A stretch of 49,205 bases of DNA from an uncultured Candidatus Berkelbacteria bacterium (lineage in GTDB: Bacteria > Patescibacteriota > UBA1384 > UBA12157), in contig CAIRFN010000003.1 of NCBI GenBank assembly GCA_903877885.1, positions 1 through 49,205 on the forward strand. Reading direction: 5' to 3'. Each line of letters begins with the position of its first letter. The stretch's first letter is position 1. The translations under genes and the position numbers were made by a program. The notes beneath the pieces are model-generated. The model searched no databases, had not been told where the DNA came from, and saw only the letters and a program-made list of their open reading frames with translations. This document shows, piece after piece, positions 37,643 through 47,574 of this stretch.

Positions 37643-40123
37643 TCATTTTTTCTCTACCGAATAAATGTCAGCATAAGGATCCGAGTAAACTTTTTCAACT
37701 TTTATCCTATCCGGTTTTAGACTATTTTCCAAAACTTTGCCAATCGACATAGGATTTATTTTTTGAAACACAACATACTTATAATTATATTGAGCAACAA
37801 ATGACCAACCTTCTCCATATTGTATGGCTCCGTACAAATTAGTCCAATCAACTGTATATGTTGTCAAAATAAATTCTGGTTTTAGATAATAAGGAAAAAC
37901 GCCCATAATTAAAACTTGGGTATCAACCGGTACATTTTTGTTAATATAGTTTAAGGAATCATAATTATTACCCGCTAAATCTGTCATTTTTATCCGATGA
38001 GCCGTCAACTGAAAAAAATCTTTAGGGAGATAGCTCAACGTGACTATAAAACAGCCCAAAACGGTTAAAATCGCTCCAATAATCGCAAATTGTAAAACTA
38101 AAGATTTTTTTTCTACAAATACCTTTTCTATACCATAAGCAATGATTGGCAGAAAAAGCAATAGAGTTGCCAAAATATAACGCGGATGGATAACGTCGGA
38201 CCGGATCAAAAGCCAAAGAATTACTCCTGTTAATGCCATTATTAGAATCTGTCTATAAACCAAATTAACTTGGCCGCGCCAAAAGAAAAACGGTAGAAAT
38301 ATCAATACTAAAATAGATAAAGTTCCATCTTGACCAGGTCGATTCCAAAGTGTAAAAGCCAAAGGACTGGTATAAAATATAAAAAAAGTATTTTTAACAA
38401 TAAGCCAAGGTAAGGCCAATTTAGTTTTAGCATAATCTATAACCAGCGTAAAATGCATCTTTGTTTTGACAAAATTTGAAAACTTAGACGAAATACGACC
38501 ATCCGGCGGCAAATATCCTTCAATTCCCTTGTCAGTGTAAACCTTAAAATAAAGGTCTGTGTCTAAATCTCTATCCCACATTCCATTAGTAAATACAGCT
38601 TTAAAACCTTTTGTATAAGTTGACGAATTACCATCAGTACCCAATATATAACCAGTATCTTCTCCGCTTTTAGTCCCTTCAGCAACGATCCAATAAAGCG
38701 TATCTGAATATAATATTAATGGTGGATCAAAATTTACTGTTTCCCATTGATAAGTATTATTATAACTTCTGATTGATTTTATTGCATTTAGATCGACCAA
38801 GTTGCCTGATGGTTCATCTTTTCCATTGTCACTTTCAATTTTAACTGTCAACTGGCCTGAATTATCGATAGCTGAATTATTTTTTAAATATAAAGAAACC
38901 GCCGAAACATAATCAGGTTTATCCAATCGGAACGATTGAGCAATAATCAAGTTTGTATCTTTTCCAACTACAGCGCCATCGATTTCATTTTCTTGAGTTG
39001 ATTCAGCGGTTACCGGCATATTAGGTAAATCTTTTTTATCTTTTTGCCAAACCGGATTCGACCATGATCCAGATTGGTTTAAAGAATAAGATGAAGAAAA
39101 AGGATCATTAAACAAAATTTTATTTTTAACCATATTAGATGAAAAAGCCAAGCCAAAAGATAGAATAATAGTTAAACCAGACAAAAAGACGCTTTGAATA
39201 ATACTTTTTATATTCTTACGGTTATTTTTAAATTCATCCCAATAAATCCAACAAAACATGATAAAAATTCCCGGCACAATTACTAATATATTTGACAATT
39301 TAGCTACAACAGCAAAACCAGTGAAAAGTCCCGTCAAAATTTGAGCCAACCGATTCCCCTTCATTTTTAAAGTCCAGTAATAAGCGGCTAAACCAAAAAC
39401 CGCGCCGTAAATATCTGGTTTGCCATTATAGATATAATTAACAAAGGTTCTGGAAGTAAAAAGTAGTGCTAAAATAATGACTTTTCCTCTAGCTTTAAGT
39501 CCGATTTGCGTTCCAAGTGAAATTAATAAGCCGGCTGTCGCTAAAGCATCAAACCAAACAAAAAACTTGGCAGCGCTTAAATCAGAAATAATCATCAAAA
39601 CTGCCGAATGCATTTCACCTAGTAGCCCAACGGAAAAATCTGGACAAGAGCTTTGACAAAACAGTTTTCCGGTATATGCCAAAACTTTAGGAAGAACCAT
39701 GTAAAAACCTTCAGCATCAGGATGAAGTGGTAAAATCAGGCTACCAATAGCAAAATACAAAATAAGAACCATTATCAAAAACAAGATAAACTTCCAAATC
39801 CAAGTTAGTTCTTTAAGTTGCTTGGTTAAACTAACCAATATTATTTTTACAAACTCGACTAATTCACTCCAAATAAACAATCCAGTAATTAAAATTAAAA
39901 CCGAAATTATCATCACTAGTTTAAATTTGAGCATACCAGCAATTACTAGAATCAACCACAAACTAGCTAAAACTCCTTGACCAAGCAAAAAACCAGTAAT
40001 AATCATAATCGAAGCAGGTTGCTTTAAATAATTCTTACGAAAACAAAATTTTAATAAAACTAAGCCCAATAAAAGATTAATCAAGGCATAACCGGTAGTA
40101 TAAATTACAGAAATTATAATCAT
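37643..40123 (-). CDS. Polytopic GT-C-like membrane protein, paralog B2, with an inserted ~214-aa extracytoplasmic domain
   Basis: PDAEGFYMVLPK, GKPDIYGA, AVVAKLSN, PRYILATLLL shared with B1; extra hydrophilic block AQSFRL...VSLYL...GQLTVKIESD. Confidence 0.65.
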   Translation of the reverse strand: MIIISVIYTTGYALINLLLGLVLLKFCFRKNYLKQPASIMIITGFLLGQGVLASLWLILVIAGMLKFKLVMIISVLILITGLFIWSELVEFVKIILVSLTKQLKELTWIWKFILFLIMVLILYFAIGSLILPLHPDAEGFYMVLPKVLAYTGKLFCQSSCPDFSVGLLGEMHSAVLMIISDLSAAKFFVWFDALATAGLLISLGTQIGLKARGKVIILALLFTSRTFVNYIYNGKPDIYGAVFGLAAYYWTLKMKGNRLAQILTGLFTGFAVVAKLSNILVIVPGIFIMFCWIYWDEFKNNRKNIKSIIQSVFLSGLTIILSFGLAFSSNMVKNKILFNDPFSSSYSLNQSGSWSNPVWQKDKKDLPNMPVTAESTQENEIDGAVVGKDTNLIIAQSFRLDKPDYVSAVSLYLKNNSAIDNSGQLTVKIESDNGKDEPSGNLVDLNAIKSIRSYNNTYQWETVNFDPPLILYSDTLYWIVAEGTKSGEDTGYILGTDGNSSTYTKGFKAVFTNGMWDRDLDTDLYFKVYTDKGIEGYLPPDGRISSKFSNFVKTKMHFTLVIDYAKTKLALPWLIVKNTFFIFYTSPLAFTLWNRPGQDGTLSILVLIFLPFFFWRGQVNLVYRQILIMALTGVILWLLIRSDVIHPRYILATLLLFLPIIAYGIEKVFVEKKSLVLQFAIIGAILTVLGCFIVTLSYLPKDFFQLTAHRIKMTDLAGNNYDSLNYINKNVPVDTQVLIMGVFPYYLKPEFILTTYTVDWTNLYGAIQYGEGWSFVAQYNYKYVVFQKINPMSIGKVLENSLKPDRIKVEKVYSDPYADIYSVEKK

Positions 40124-40141
40124 TTTTCCTCGATAATATTA

Positions 40142-41569
40142 CTAATTAAACGCTTTATAAATATATAGATTGGTTATTTTATTTGTCTTCAAAAACTGGT
40201 CAGTCTGAACAATAAATTTTTGTATTTTTGATGGATACACGACGCCCGAATCTTTAACTGAATTAATCAAGCCAATCATCAACCATGCCACCAGCCAAAA
40301 AATAATCCAGAAAAATAAAAAATGTTCAACTAAATTTCGGTAATTGCTTTTAGATAAATTGATCTCTGATTTTGCGATTTGCTTTTTTCTCAAATCTTTT
40401 TGAATCTTTTTATAAATTTCGAGTGTTTTAGTTTTAATTAATTGATAGTCTAATCTTTTCTCGGCTGTCTGCCAGTTAATTTTGGCGGCTTCTTCCAAAA
40501 GTTTGTCATTATGAATCACTTTTTTTATCGCTTCAGCAACTACTTTAGAATCCTCTGACGGCACTAAAATTCCGGTTTTTCCATTTTTAACCCATTCATC
40601 AGCGCACGCAGTATTTGATTGGATTGGGAACGAGCCCATCACCATTGATTCTAAAAACGAATTGCTTAGACCGTCACTAATACTTAGACTAATAGAAATG
40701 CGAGCCTGACCGTGCAATTTCAAGATTTGCTCATGTGAAACATTATGAGAAATAATTTTGACTTTGAGACCAGTTTGTTTTTTAAATTCAGATAATATTT
40801 CAATAATCGATGGTTGCGGCAAAATAGAATAAACAACAATGGTGTAATTTTTAAGTTGGTCGGCACAAAGTTTAAGTGCGTCTAATCCTACTAAAACTCG
40901 CCCCCATATCCCGTGATAGCCTTTGAGCATGATTATTTTCCTTTGAGCTAAAGGTTTTCGCCAGGATTTAATTTTTTTTAAATCAAGCCCACCGGGCCCC
41001 GGCAGAATTGGCAAAATTTCACCTTTAAGCCCATGATGCTCAGCTAATTCAACATCTCTTTTACATTCGCAAGAGTAATAATCACATTTTTTTAAAGTTT
41101 CCTCAATTTTTATTCTCTCAATTGGAAAATGTCTAAACCAATAAATATCACTCCCCCAATTTGTCGCAATCCAGATTGGAAATTTACCTTGAAATAAACT
41201 CTTTGCTTTTAACACTAAATAACCTGCCGATTGGAATTCCAAAGAATGAACTATATCTGGTTTGATCTTTTTTATTAAATTATTTAATTGTCTTGATCTA
41301 GCATTTTTATCTATTTTATCTCTATAAAATTTGAGCCCAGTTATAAACCTGTTAAGCCAAAGATGAGGTCCTTTTATATGATAAACTGCGGTTTTTTCAG
41401 CCTTCTTTGAAAAATTTGAGTAATGAATTGTAGTATTCTTAATTTGGCGGTAAATCGAACTTGAATAAGTGCTAGGACATATATGAATTTCCCAACCTTG
41501 ATCATTAATCTGTGAAATCCAACGTGTTGTGTGCACGCTTTCAGCCATGGCTACGAACAAAATTTTCAT
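40142..41569 (-). CDS. GT4 glycosyltransferase with C-terminal membrane tail
   Basis: MKILFVAMAESVHT, TNWGSD, SDGLSNSFLESM, WVKNGKTG; TM extension. Confidence 0.85.
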   Translation of the reverse strand: MKILFVAMAESVHTTRWISQINDQGWEIHICPSTYSSSIYRQIKNTTIHYSNFSKKAEKTAVYHIKGPHLWLNRFITGLKFYRDKIDKNARSRQLNNLIKKIKPDIVHSLEFQSAGYLVLKAKSLFQGKFPIWIATNWGSDIYWFRHFPIERIKIEETLKKCDYYSCECKRDVELAEHHGLKGEILPILPGPGGLDLKKIKSWRKPLAQRKIIMLKGYHGIWGRVLVGLDALKLCADQLKNYTIVVYSILPQPSIIEILSEFKKQTGLKVKIISHNVSHEQILKLHGQARISISLSISDGLSNSFLESMVMGSFPIQSNTACADEWVKNGKTGILVPSEDSKVVAEAIKKVIHNDKLLEEAAKINWQTAEKRLDYQLIKTKTLEIYKKIQKDLRKKQIAKSEINLSKSNYRNLVEHFLFFWIIFWLVAWLMIGLINSVKDSGVVYPSKIQKFIVQTDQFLKTNKITNLYIYKAFN

Positions 41570-42825
41570 TTTTGACTTTCTGCTTTGTTTGTCTGATATA
41601 CTGTTTTGTAAAAATTTATTGTTTTTTGTTTGATTTTCTGCTCATCCAATTTTTGACGAATAATCTGACGATTAATTTTGGCGGCTTGATCCACGAGAAA
41701 ATCATTATTTAAAGCTTTTTTAATCGCTACGGCAATTTTTTCCGAATCTTCGGCTGGCACTAAAATACCTGTCTTGTCATTTTCAAACCATTCACCGGCG
41801 CAGGAAGAATCTGACTGAATTGGAAACGAGCCTAAAGCCATAGCTTCCAAAACCGCTGTACTAATCGCGTCGCTCACGTTTAAACCAAGTGAAAAACGCG
41901 CTTGTCCATGAAGTTTCAAAATCTTTGTGCGCGATACTCCGGAAGGAATAAAACTGACCGAAATGCCAGTTTTTTGGGAAAAAATTTTAGCTGCTTCGAC
42001 TACATCCTCTGTTGGTGAAAAAATTATAATTTTATAACCCTGAAGTTCCTTCGCGCATTTTTCCAACGCTTGGATCCCAACCAAAGCTCGGCCAAAAATA
42101 CTCTGTGCCCCTTTAAAAACGATTATCTTCCTTTCTGAAGTTTTACCTTTTCTTCTAAAATTGTCAAATTTTTTCAAATCAATTCCGCCAGAATTAGGAA
42201 AAACCGGTAAAACTCGAGCTTTTAAACCATAATATTGAGCCAAACAAACATCCCGATTACATTCACAGGAATAAAAATCACATTCTTTTAAAATTTGTTT
42301 GATTTTAGCTTGATCTTCGGCAATTTTACCAAAAAAATAAATATCACTACCCCAATTTGTCACGATCCATTTGGGGAAGGGAAAATTTGGACCTAAAATC
42401 TTTTTAGCTTCATAAGTTAAATACCCAGCATGTTGAAATTCCATTGAATGGATAATATCTGGTTTAATAATTTTGATTAACTTAGCCAATCTTTTAGCGC
42501 GGTAACGCGGAAACAAATATTCAAATAATCTTAGACAGTTTCGCACCAGTATCTTACTATAAAGATTGATTCCGATAATTTCAATTTTCCCAGGATTGTC
42601 TTCCAAACAATAAAAAAAGTGGTGGAGTTTAAGCTTCTTTAAATCAGAATGAGAAAAATCAATATTTTTGCTCGGAAAAAGATTGATTCCCCAGTTTTGA
42701 TCGGTAATTTGATTGATCCAACGCGCCGTATGAATGCTTTCAGCCATAGCCACAAATAATATCTTCACCTTTCCCGCCTTAGCCAAAAAACAATTTTTTC
42801 TAATCTTCGTTTGGCTAAAATACAA
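41566..42825 (-). CDS. GT4 glycosyltransferase (probable GTG start at 42768)
   Basis: VKILFVAMAESIHT, TNWGSD, SDAISTAVLEAM; GTG overlaps the upstream TGA (GTGA). Confidence 0.85.
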   Translation of the reverse strand: MYFSQTKIRKNCFLAKAGKVKILFVAMAESIHTARWINQITDQNWGINLFPSKNIDFSHSDLKKLKLHHFFYCLEDNPGKIEIIGINLYSKILVRNCLRLFEYLFPRYRAKRLAKLIKIIKPDIIHSMEFQHAGYLTYEAKKILGPNFPFPKWIVTNWGSDIYFFGKIAEDQAKIKQILKECDFYSCECNRDVCLAQYYGLKARVLPVFPNSGGIDLKKFDNFRRKGKTSERKIIVFKGAQSIFGRALVGIQALEKCAKELQGYKIIIFSPTEDVVEAAKIFSQKTGISVSFIPSGVSRTKILKLHGQARFSLGLNVSDAISTAVLEAMALGSFPIQSDSSCAGEWFENDKTGILVPAEDSEKIAVAIKKALNNDFLVDQAAKINRQIIRQKLDEQKIKQKTINFYKTVYQTNKAESQK

Positions 42826-43508
42826 TAAGAAATAATCTGTCTAACGAAGTTTTTAGGATGATAATAAAATAAATTTTTGATTCTTTTTCCTATTGGATAT
42901 TGGACTAATTGATTAAATTTTTTATAACAGTTTCGGTCATTAAAAAAATCCCTGGCCAGAATATCTTTTTTACCCTTTGGGACTTCAAGAAAACCTAAAA
43001 TATAGCTCTCATTTTTTTTAAAATTGAGTTTGGCAGTTTGATGACCAATAAGAATTATTTTGAAATTTGGATGAATTTTTTTGATAACATTTATGAAACG
43101 ATTAATTTTTTGTTGTGTATCCTTCTTTTTAGATTCTTCAGAGATATATCTGATAAACAGAATTGAATCCTGACTATTCAAGAGACCAAGTAGTCTCTTT
43201 ATCCTTCGTGTATATTTTATCTTAACTAATTTGAGTTGGCTTTTTATATCCAATCTTTGTTTAAAATCATGATAAAACAAAATATTAAACTTATAATTTC
43301 CAACAATATTAAACGGAGGAACCTCGTTGCTAAACAACTGACGGTAAGCAAATAAATTTTCGAACTTTACTGCAATTAAATCTGTCACAGTATCAAGATC
43401 GGTGATTGTCCAGTCAAAAGGAAACGAAGCCTCTCTAAACCCTTTTCTTTCAAGTTCAATCGCCACCGAACAAAAATAACCAATTGAAATAATATGCTCA
43501 AAACGCAT
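42765..43508 (-). CDS. DUF1796 family putative papain-like protein
   Basis: IISIGYFC...R......SFPFDW, FYHDF, KYTRRIKRL pattern. Confidence 0.7.
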   Translation of the reverse strand: MRFEHIISIGYFCSVAIELERKGFREASFPFDWTITDLDTVTDLIAVKFENLFAYRQLFSNEVPPFNIVGNYKFNILFYHDFKQRLDIKSQLKLVKIKYTRRIKRLLGLLNSQDSILFIRYISEESKKKDTQQKINRFINVIKKIHPNFKIILIGHQTAKLNFKKNESYILGFLEVPKGKKDILARDFFNDRNCYKKFNQLVQYPIGKRIKNLFYYHPKNFVRQIISYCILAKRRLEKIVFWLRRER

Positions 43509-43551
43509 CTTCAGTTTTCTTTCTTTTATGAATTATTCTAAACGAAATATT

Positions 43552-44559
43552 TTATGACTTACTGACACGCTTTAGCCAAAAACTACCTGATGTCAACTTA
43601 TGAATTTTCGAATCGTATTTCGGAAAAGCCAGTTGAAATTCTTTTGTATAGTTTGTCATAATATTAGCCATCGCCAAGATAATTTCAAAATCGTGATTAC
43701 AAATTAAAAAGCTTTGTAAAAGATATTGTTCGGTCCAAAATTGGCGGAAAGTTTCACTAGTGGCATAGCTTTTTGGATATTCGTAAGGTAAACCAATATC
43801 GTGGATATGAACAATCACTCCAGGTTTAAGCCGCGGTAATATATCCAGATAAAGGAAATTAACATCATTACCAATTTTAACCATATGACTAGAATCAATG
43901 AAAAGAATATCGTTTTCGCCCAATCGATCAAAATACCGAGGATCAACAGTTTCAACGCATTTAGAAATTAATCTGTTATACTTCAATAATTTTTTGCTAA
44001 TATATTTAGCCGGATAAGGATCAATTATAGTGTAATGGGTTTTTATGCCAATTATATTATTGATTTTAATCGCTTTAGCAATGATCTTAGATGAACTGCC
44101 TGAGCCAATTTCAATAATGTTTTTAGGTTTGTGTTCACGAATCATAGAATGCAAAATGGCGGCACAACCGTAGCTAAAACTGTCGTTATCAACATAAAAA
44201 TCGGCTTTATCTTCGGTTGGTGAAAGCGGCCAGTCGCATTCTTTAGCAAAACCTTTTCCTAATTTTTTTAAATTAACTAGTTGTTTCTTCTCGTTAAAAT
44301 TAATACCATGAAGTTCGCTTTTTTTATCCCAAACTTTCCTCTGCTCCAAAAATTTTAAATCCGGAATTGGCGAATAAAAATGAACTGGAGTGATTAAAAA
44401 ACCTTTCTTTATACATTTATTGCTGCCATAGCCCAAGTCAGCAATTAATTTCAAAATCCATAGATTTAATGGATTCAAATAGAAAAAATTAAAAAAAGAA
44501 AAAAATCCTTTTAATAAGCTTCTATAAATTCTAATGGCATCTTTTCGTTTAAGTTTCAT
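43552..44559 (-). CDS. Class I SAM-dependent methyltransferase (Methyltransf_24-like)
   Basis: PVHFYSPIP, IIEIGSGSSS, DILFIDSSH, LKPGVIVHIHDI, WTEQYLL. Confidence 0.85.
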   Translation of the reverse strand: MKLKRKDAIRIYRSLLKGFFSFFNFFYLNPLNLWILKLIADLGYGSNKCIKKGFLITPVHFYSPIPDLKFLEQRKVWDKKSELHGINFNEKKQLVNLKKLGKGFAKECDWPLSPTEDKADFYVDNDSFSYGCAAILHSMIREHKPKNIIEIGSGSSSKIIAKAIKINNIIGIKTHYTIIDPYPAKYISKKLLKYNRLISKCVETVDPRYFDRLGENDILFIDSSHMVKIGNDVNFLYLDILPRLKPGVIVHIHDIGLPYEYPKSYATSETFRQFWTEQYLLQSFLICNHDFEIILAMANIMTNYTKEFQLAFPKYDSKIHKLTSGSFWLKRVSKS

Positions 44560-45715
44560 TGGTTATTTCTCTATAATAGTCATTAACTTTTTGACCAATT
44601 TTTTTCTTATCTGCTACCTTCTTAACTAAACTTAAATTATTTATCACAACCTTGTCAACTAACACATCATCTGTCATTACTTTTTCCAATACTGAAGCAA
44701 TTTCATTTGGGTAAAGATTGCGGGCAAATAAAACATTTTCTTTAGTAACGACTGTCTGAATAGTTTCTAGTGGTGAAACAATTGGAAAAGTTTTGCAAGC
44801 CATGGCTTCATATAAACTATTTGGAATACCATCAATCAAACTTGGCAGGAGCACCACTCTGGCTTTAGCCATAAGTTTTAGTAGATTTGCTCTGGGAATA
44901 CGATCATAAATTTTGATATTTTTTCTAATTTCTAGTGGTAGTGCCGCCAGCCATAATTGAAAATCCGGCGTCACTGCGGTCATAATAATCTGGCAGGGTT
45001 TAATTTTAGTCCAAACCATTTTGATCGCTTCAAGAACCGGCAAACCTTTAGAGTAAATCCCTTCGCAGGCTTTCGGCCAGAGAATTATCCGCAATTTTGA
45101 AGTTTTTATTTTTCTTAATTTCGACAGCTTTTCAATATCCATTCCGCCAGTGCCTGGTGTAAATTCCAATGGCGGTTTCTTATTTTTATCCAGTCCCAAC
45201 TCATAAGCATAAGAATAGGTAATTTTATTATCAGCGAAAACTGAATCGCAATTAGTAAAAATCTGACGGAATATTGGCTGTTTTTGGAGATCAAATCTTT
45301 CCAACTCCAAATCAGAACCACCGCGAATAGTCACGATCCATTTATATTTACAAGAATTTTTTATTTTTTTGTGTATGATTAAAAAATTTATAGTCGCAGG
45401 TTCAAGTCCTAAAGTATGGACAATATTTGGTTGCCATTTTTTAATAATCCGCTTCAGCCACCAATTTTCTAATCGACAACCATAAAATTCATCAACTCGA
45501 TAGATTAGCCTCTTAATTATTCTTAACCAAAGAAAATTTTGCGAAATCGATGAATTACTAATTCCGAAAAGTTTCACTTCAAACTGATTTTCATCAATCA
45601 ATTCCAGCCATGACTGGGTATGACTACTTTGGGCTAAAGCAATAATTAGAATTTTTTTCTTTTTCATCGATCCAATACCTCTCGAGCCCAGAGTTCGGCC
45701 ATCATCAATAGCCAA
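44549..45715 (-). CDS. GT4 glycosyltransferase (probable start at ATG 45667)
   Basis: KILIIALAQSSHT, RGGSD, PSLIDGIPNSLYEAM; related to the two GT4s at 40142-42825. Confidence 0.82.
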   Translation of the reverse strand: MAIDDGRTLGSRGIGSMKKKKILIIALAQSSHTQSWLELIDENQFEVKLFGISNSSISQNFLWLRIIKRLIYRVDEFYGCRLENWWLKRIIKKWQPNIVHTLGLEPATINFLIIHKKIKNSCKYKWIVTIRGGSDLELERFDLQKQPIFRQIFTNCDSVFADNKITYSYAYELGLDKNKKPPLEFTPGTGGMDIEKLSKLRKIKTSKLRIILWPKACEGIYSKGLPVLEAIKMVWTKIKPCQIIMTAVTPDFQLWLAALPLEIRKNIKIYDRIPRANLLKLMAKARVVLLPSLIDGIPNSLYEAMACKTFPIVSPLETIQTVVTKENVLFARNLYPNEIASVLEKVMTDDVLVDKVVINNLSLVKKVADKKKIGQKVNDYYREITNET

Positions 45716-47574
45716 ACTCTAGTCCAATGGACTTCGCCTGCAAGAAACTTCAGATATAATTTTCCAACCTCTTCAGGATTAAAAAAACCGCGTATTGCAA
45801 CAGTTTTATTCGAAAGACAATCGACTAGAATTTCTCTTAACTCTTCTCTTAGCCAACGATCAAACGGCATTGCAAAACCTTTTTTAACCTGTGAATCCAT
45901 ATCTTTGGGAAGTAATTCTTTACCAATGTCAATCAGGATTCGTTTAGCACCAAGTTTTTGATATGTTTGAGTCTCGGTCTGACCAGAAACTTGATCGCTT
46001 AATTTTACTGACATTGGCAAAGAAAGCGCCAGATCAGATAAAACCGGATCTAAAAACGGCACTCTAACCTCAAGTGATTGAAACATAGAAGTTGCATCAA
46101 TATCTCTTAATAATTGATTTAAAGTATAGCCACGAAGACAAAGCGCTGAAACTCGATTAACTGATTCGGCTCCAGGAAGTTCATCAGTTAAAGCCATGTC
46201 AATAGCCTGTTCCCGACCAAGATGTGTCTCGTTTCTTCTATTAGTAGCTAAAATTTTAGCGGTTAGATAGGGACTAAAAATCCCGTATTGACGACTAAAA
46301 TGACTTAAAAAATTTTGATCTCTGATTTTTTCCAAACCAGGTCGAAAAATAGCATCACTATAGGCCACAAAATCGAAAAACTCTTGGCCAAAAAAATGTG
46401 ATAATTTATCATTGTGTTTTTGACTAGAAAATTTAACCATGTTGGCAAACCAAGGATAACCGGCGAATAATTCATCACCGCCCGTGCCAGAAATCGCCAC
46501 AGTCACCATTTTTTTAGCAGCCATAGAAACAAAAAAAGCATTTGCCCCGTCAACAGAAGGTTGATCCAAACCCCTAGCAATATTCTTAATTTGATTTTTA
46601 GCATCATGACCAGTAATTAAAATACGGTGATGATCTGTCCCTAGATAATCGGCAATTTTTTGCGCATCTTCGGTTTCATCAATTTCAGTATCCGTTTCAA
46701 AACCAATTGAAAAAGTTTTAATCTTCTTTCGACTATTTTTAGCCATCAAAGCTACCAGAAGCGAAGAGTCCACCCCACCACTTAAAAAAGCGCCCAAAGG
46801 AGCATCGCTGACCATTTGCATTTTGACCGATTCTTCCAATGTTTGTCGAGTTAATTCAACCTGTTGAGCATAAGACAAAGTTCTGATGTTATTCAAACGA
46901 TTTTCGCCTAATTGCCAGTATTTTTCAATTTTAACTTTACCGTTATTCCAAATCAAACAGTGAGCCGGCAAAAGCATCTTAACATTTTCAATAATAGTCG
47001 CTGGTTGCAAAACCGAACCATAAGTTAAAAGCAGACGCAGAGATTCTGAATCAACTTTTTTTTCGATTAAATCGCTTTTTAGAATCGATTTTATTTCTGA
47101 AGCAAAAACAATCACTCCATCTCTTTGAGTATAAACTAAAGGTTTTACCCCAAATTGATCGCGAGCCAAAATAATTTTTTCGCCGTTTCTTTGATCAAGA
47201 ATAGCCAAGGCAAAAATCCCTCGCATTCTTCGTAAAAAATCATCACCATACTCCTGATACATATAAAGAATTACTTCCGTATCGGTTTCGGAACAGAATT
47301 TATAACCTTTTTTAATTAAAGTTTGCTTTTCTGTTAAAAAGTTATAGAGTTCGCCATTATAAACGATATGAATATTGGATTCCGAATTAGACATTGGCTG
47401 ATGACCTTTTGGCGACAAATCTAGGATAGCTAAACGTCTCATGCCAAAAGCGAGATTTTCAAAACTAGCCGTGCCAGCGTCGTCAGGCCCACGGTGGCTT
47501 AAAGCCTCAGTCATTTTCGCAACTTGTTTTTCTCGATTATCGGTTTTTCCGATAATCCCACAAATTCCACACAT
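45664..47574 (-). CDS. asnB: Asparagine synthase (glutamine-hydrolysing) family amidotransferase, probably glycan-modifying
   Basis: MCGICG, HRGPDD, RRLAILDLS..GHQPM, YNGELYN, RDQFGVKPL, FLSGGVDSS, SGTGGDELFAGY, LEVRVPFLD. Confidence 0.93.
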   Translation of the reverse strand: MCGICGIIGKTDNREKQVAKMTEALSHRGPDDAGTASFENLAFGMRRLAILDLSPKGHQPMSNSESNIHIVYNGELYNFLTEKQTLIKKGYKFCSETDTEVILYMYQEYGDDFLRRMRGIFALAILDQRNGEKIILARDQFGVKPLVYTQRDGVIVFASEIKSILKSDLIEKKVDSESLRLLLTYGSVLQPATIIENVKMLLPAHCLIWNNGKVKIEKYWQLGENRLNNIRTLSYAQQVELTRQTLEESVKMQMVSDAPLGAFLSGGVDSSLLVALMAKNSRKKIKTFSIGFETDTEIDETEDAQKIADYLGTDHHRILITGHDAKNQIKNIARGLDQPSVDGANAFFVSMAAKKMVTVAISGTGGDELFAGYPWFANMVKFSSQKHNDKLSHFFGQEFFDFVAYSDAIFRPGLEKIRDQNFLSHFSRQYGIFSPYLTAKILATNRRNETHLGREQAIDMALTDELPGAESVNRVSALCLRGYTLNQLLRDIDATSMFQSLEVRVPFLDPVLSDLALSLPMSVKLSDQVSGQTETQTYQKLGAKRILIDIGKELLPKDMDSQVKKGFAMPFDRWLREELREILVDCLSNKTVAIRGFFNPEEVGKLYLKFLAGEVHWTRVWLLMMAELWAREVLDR

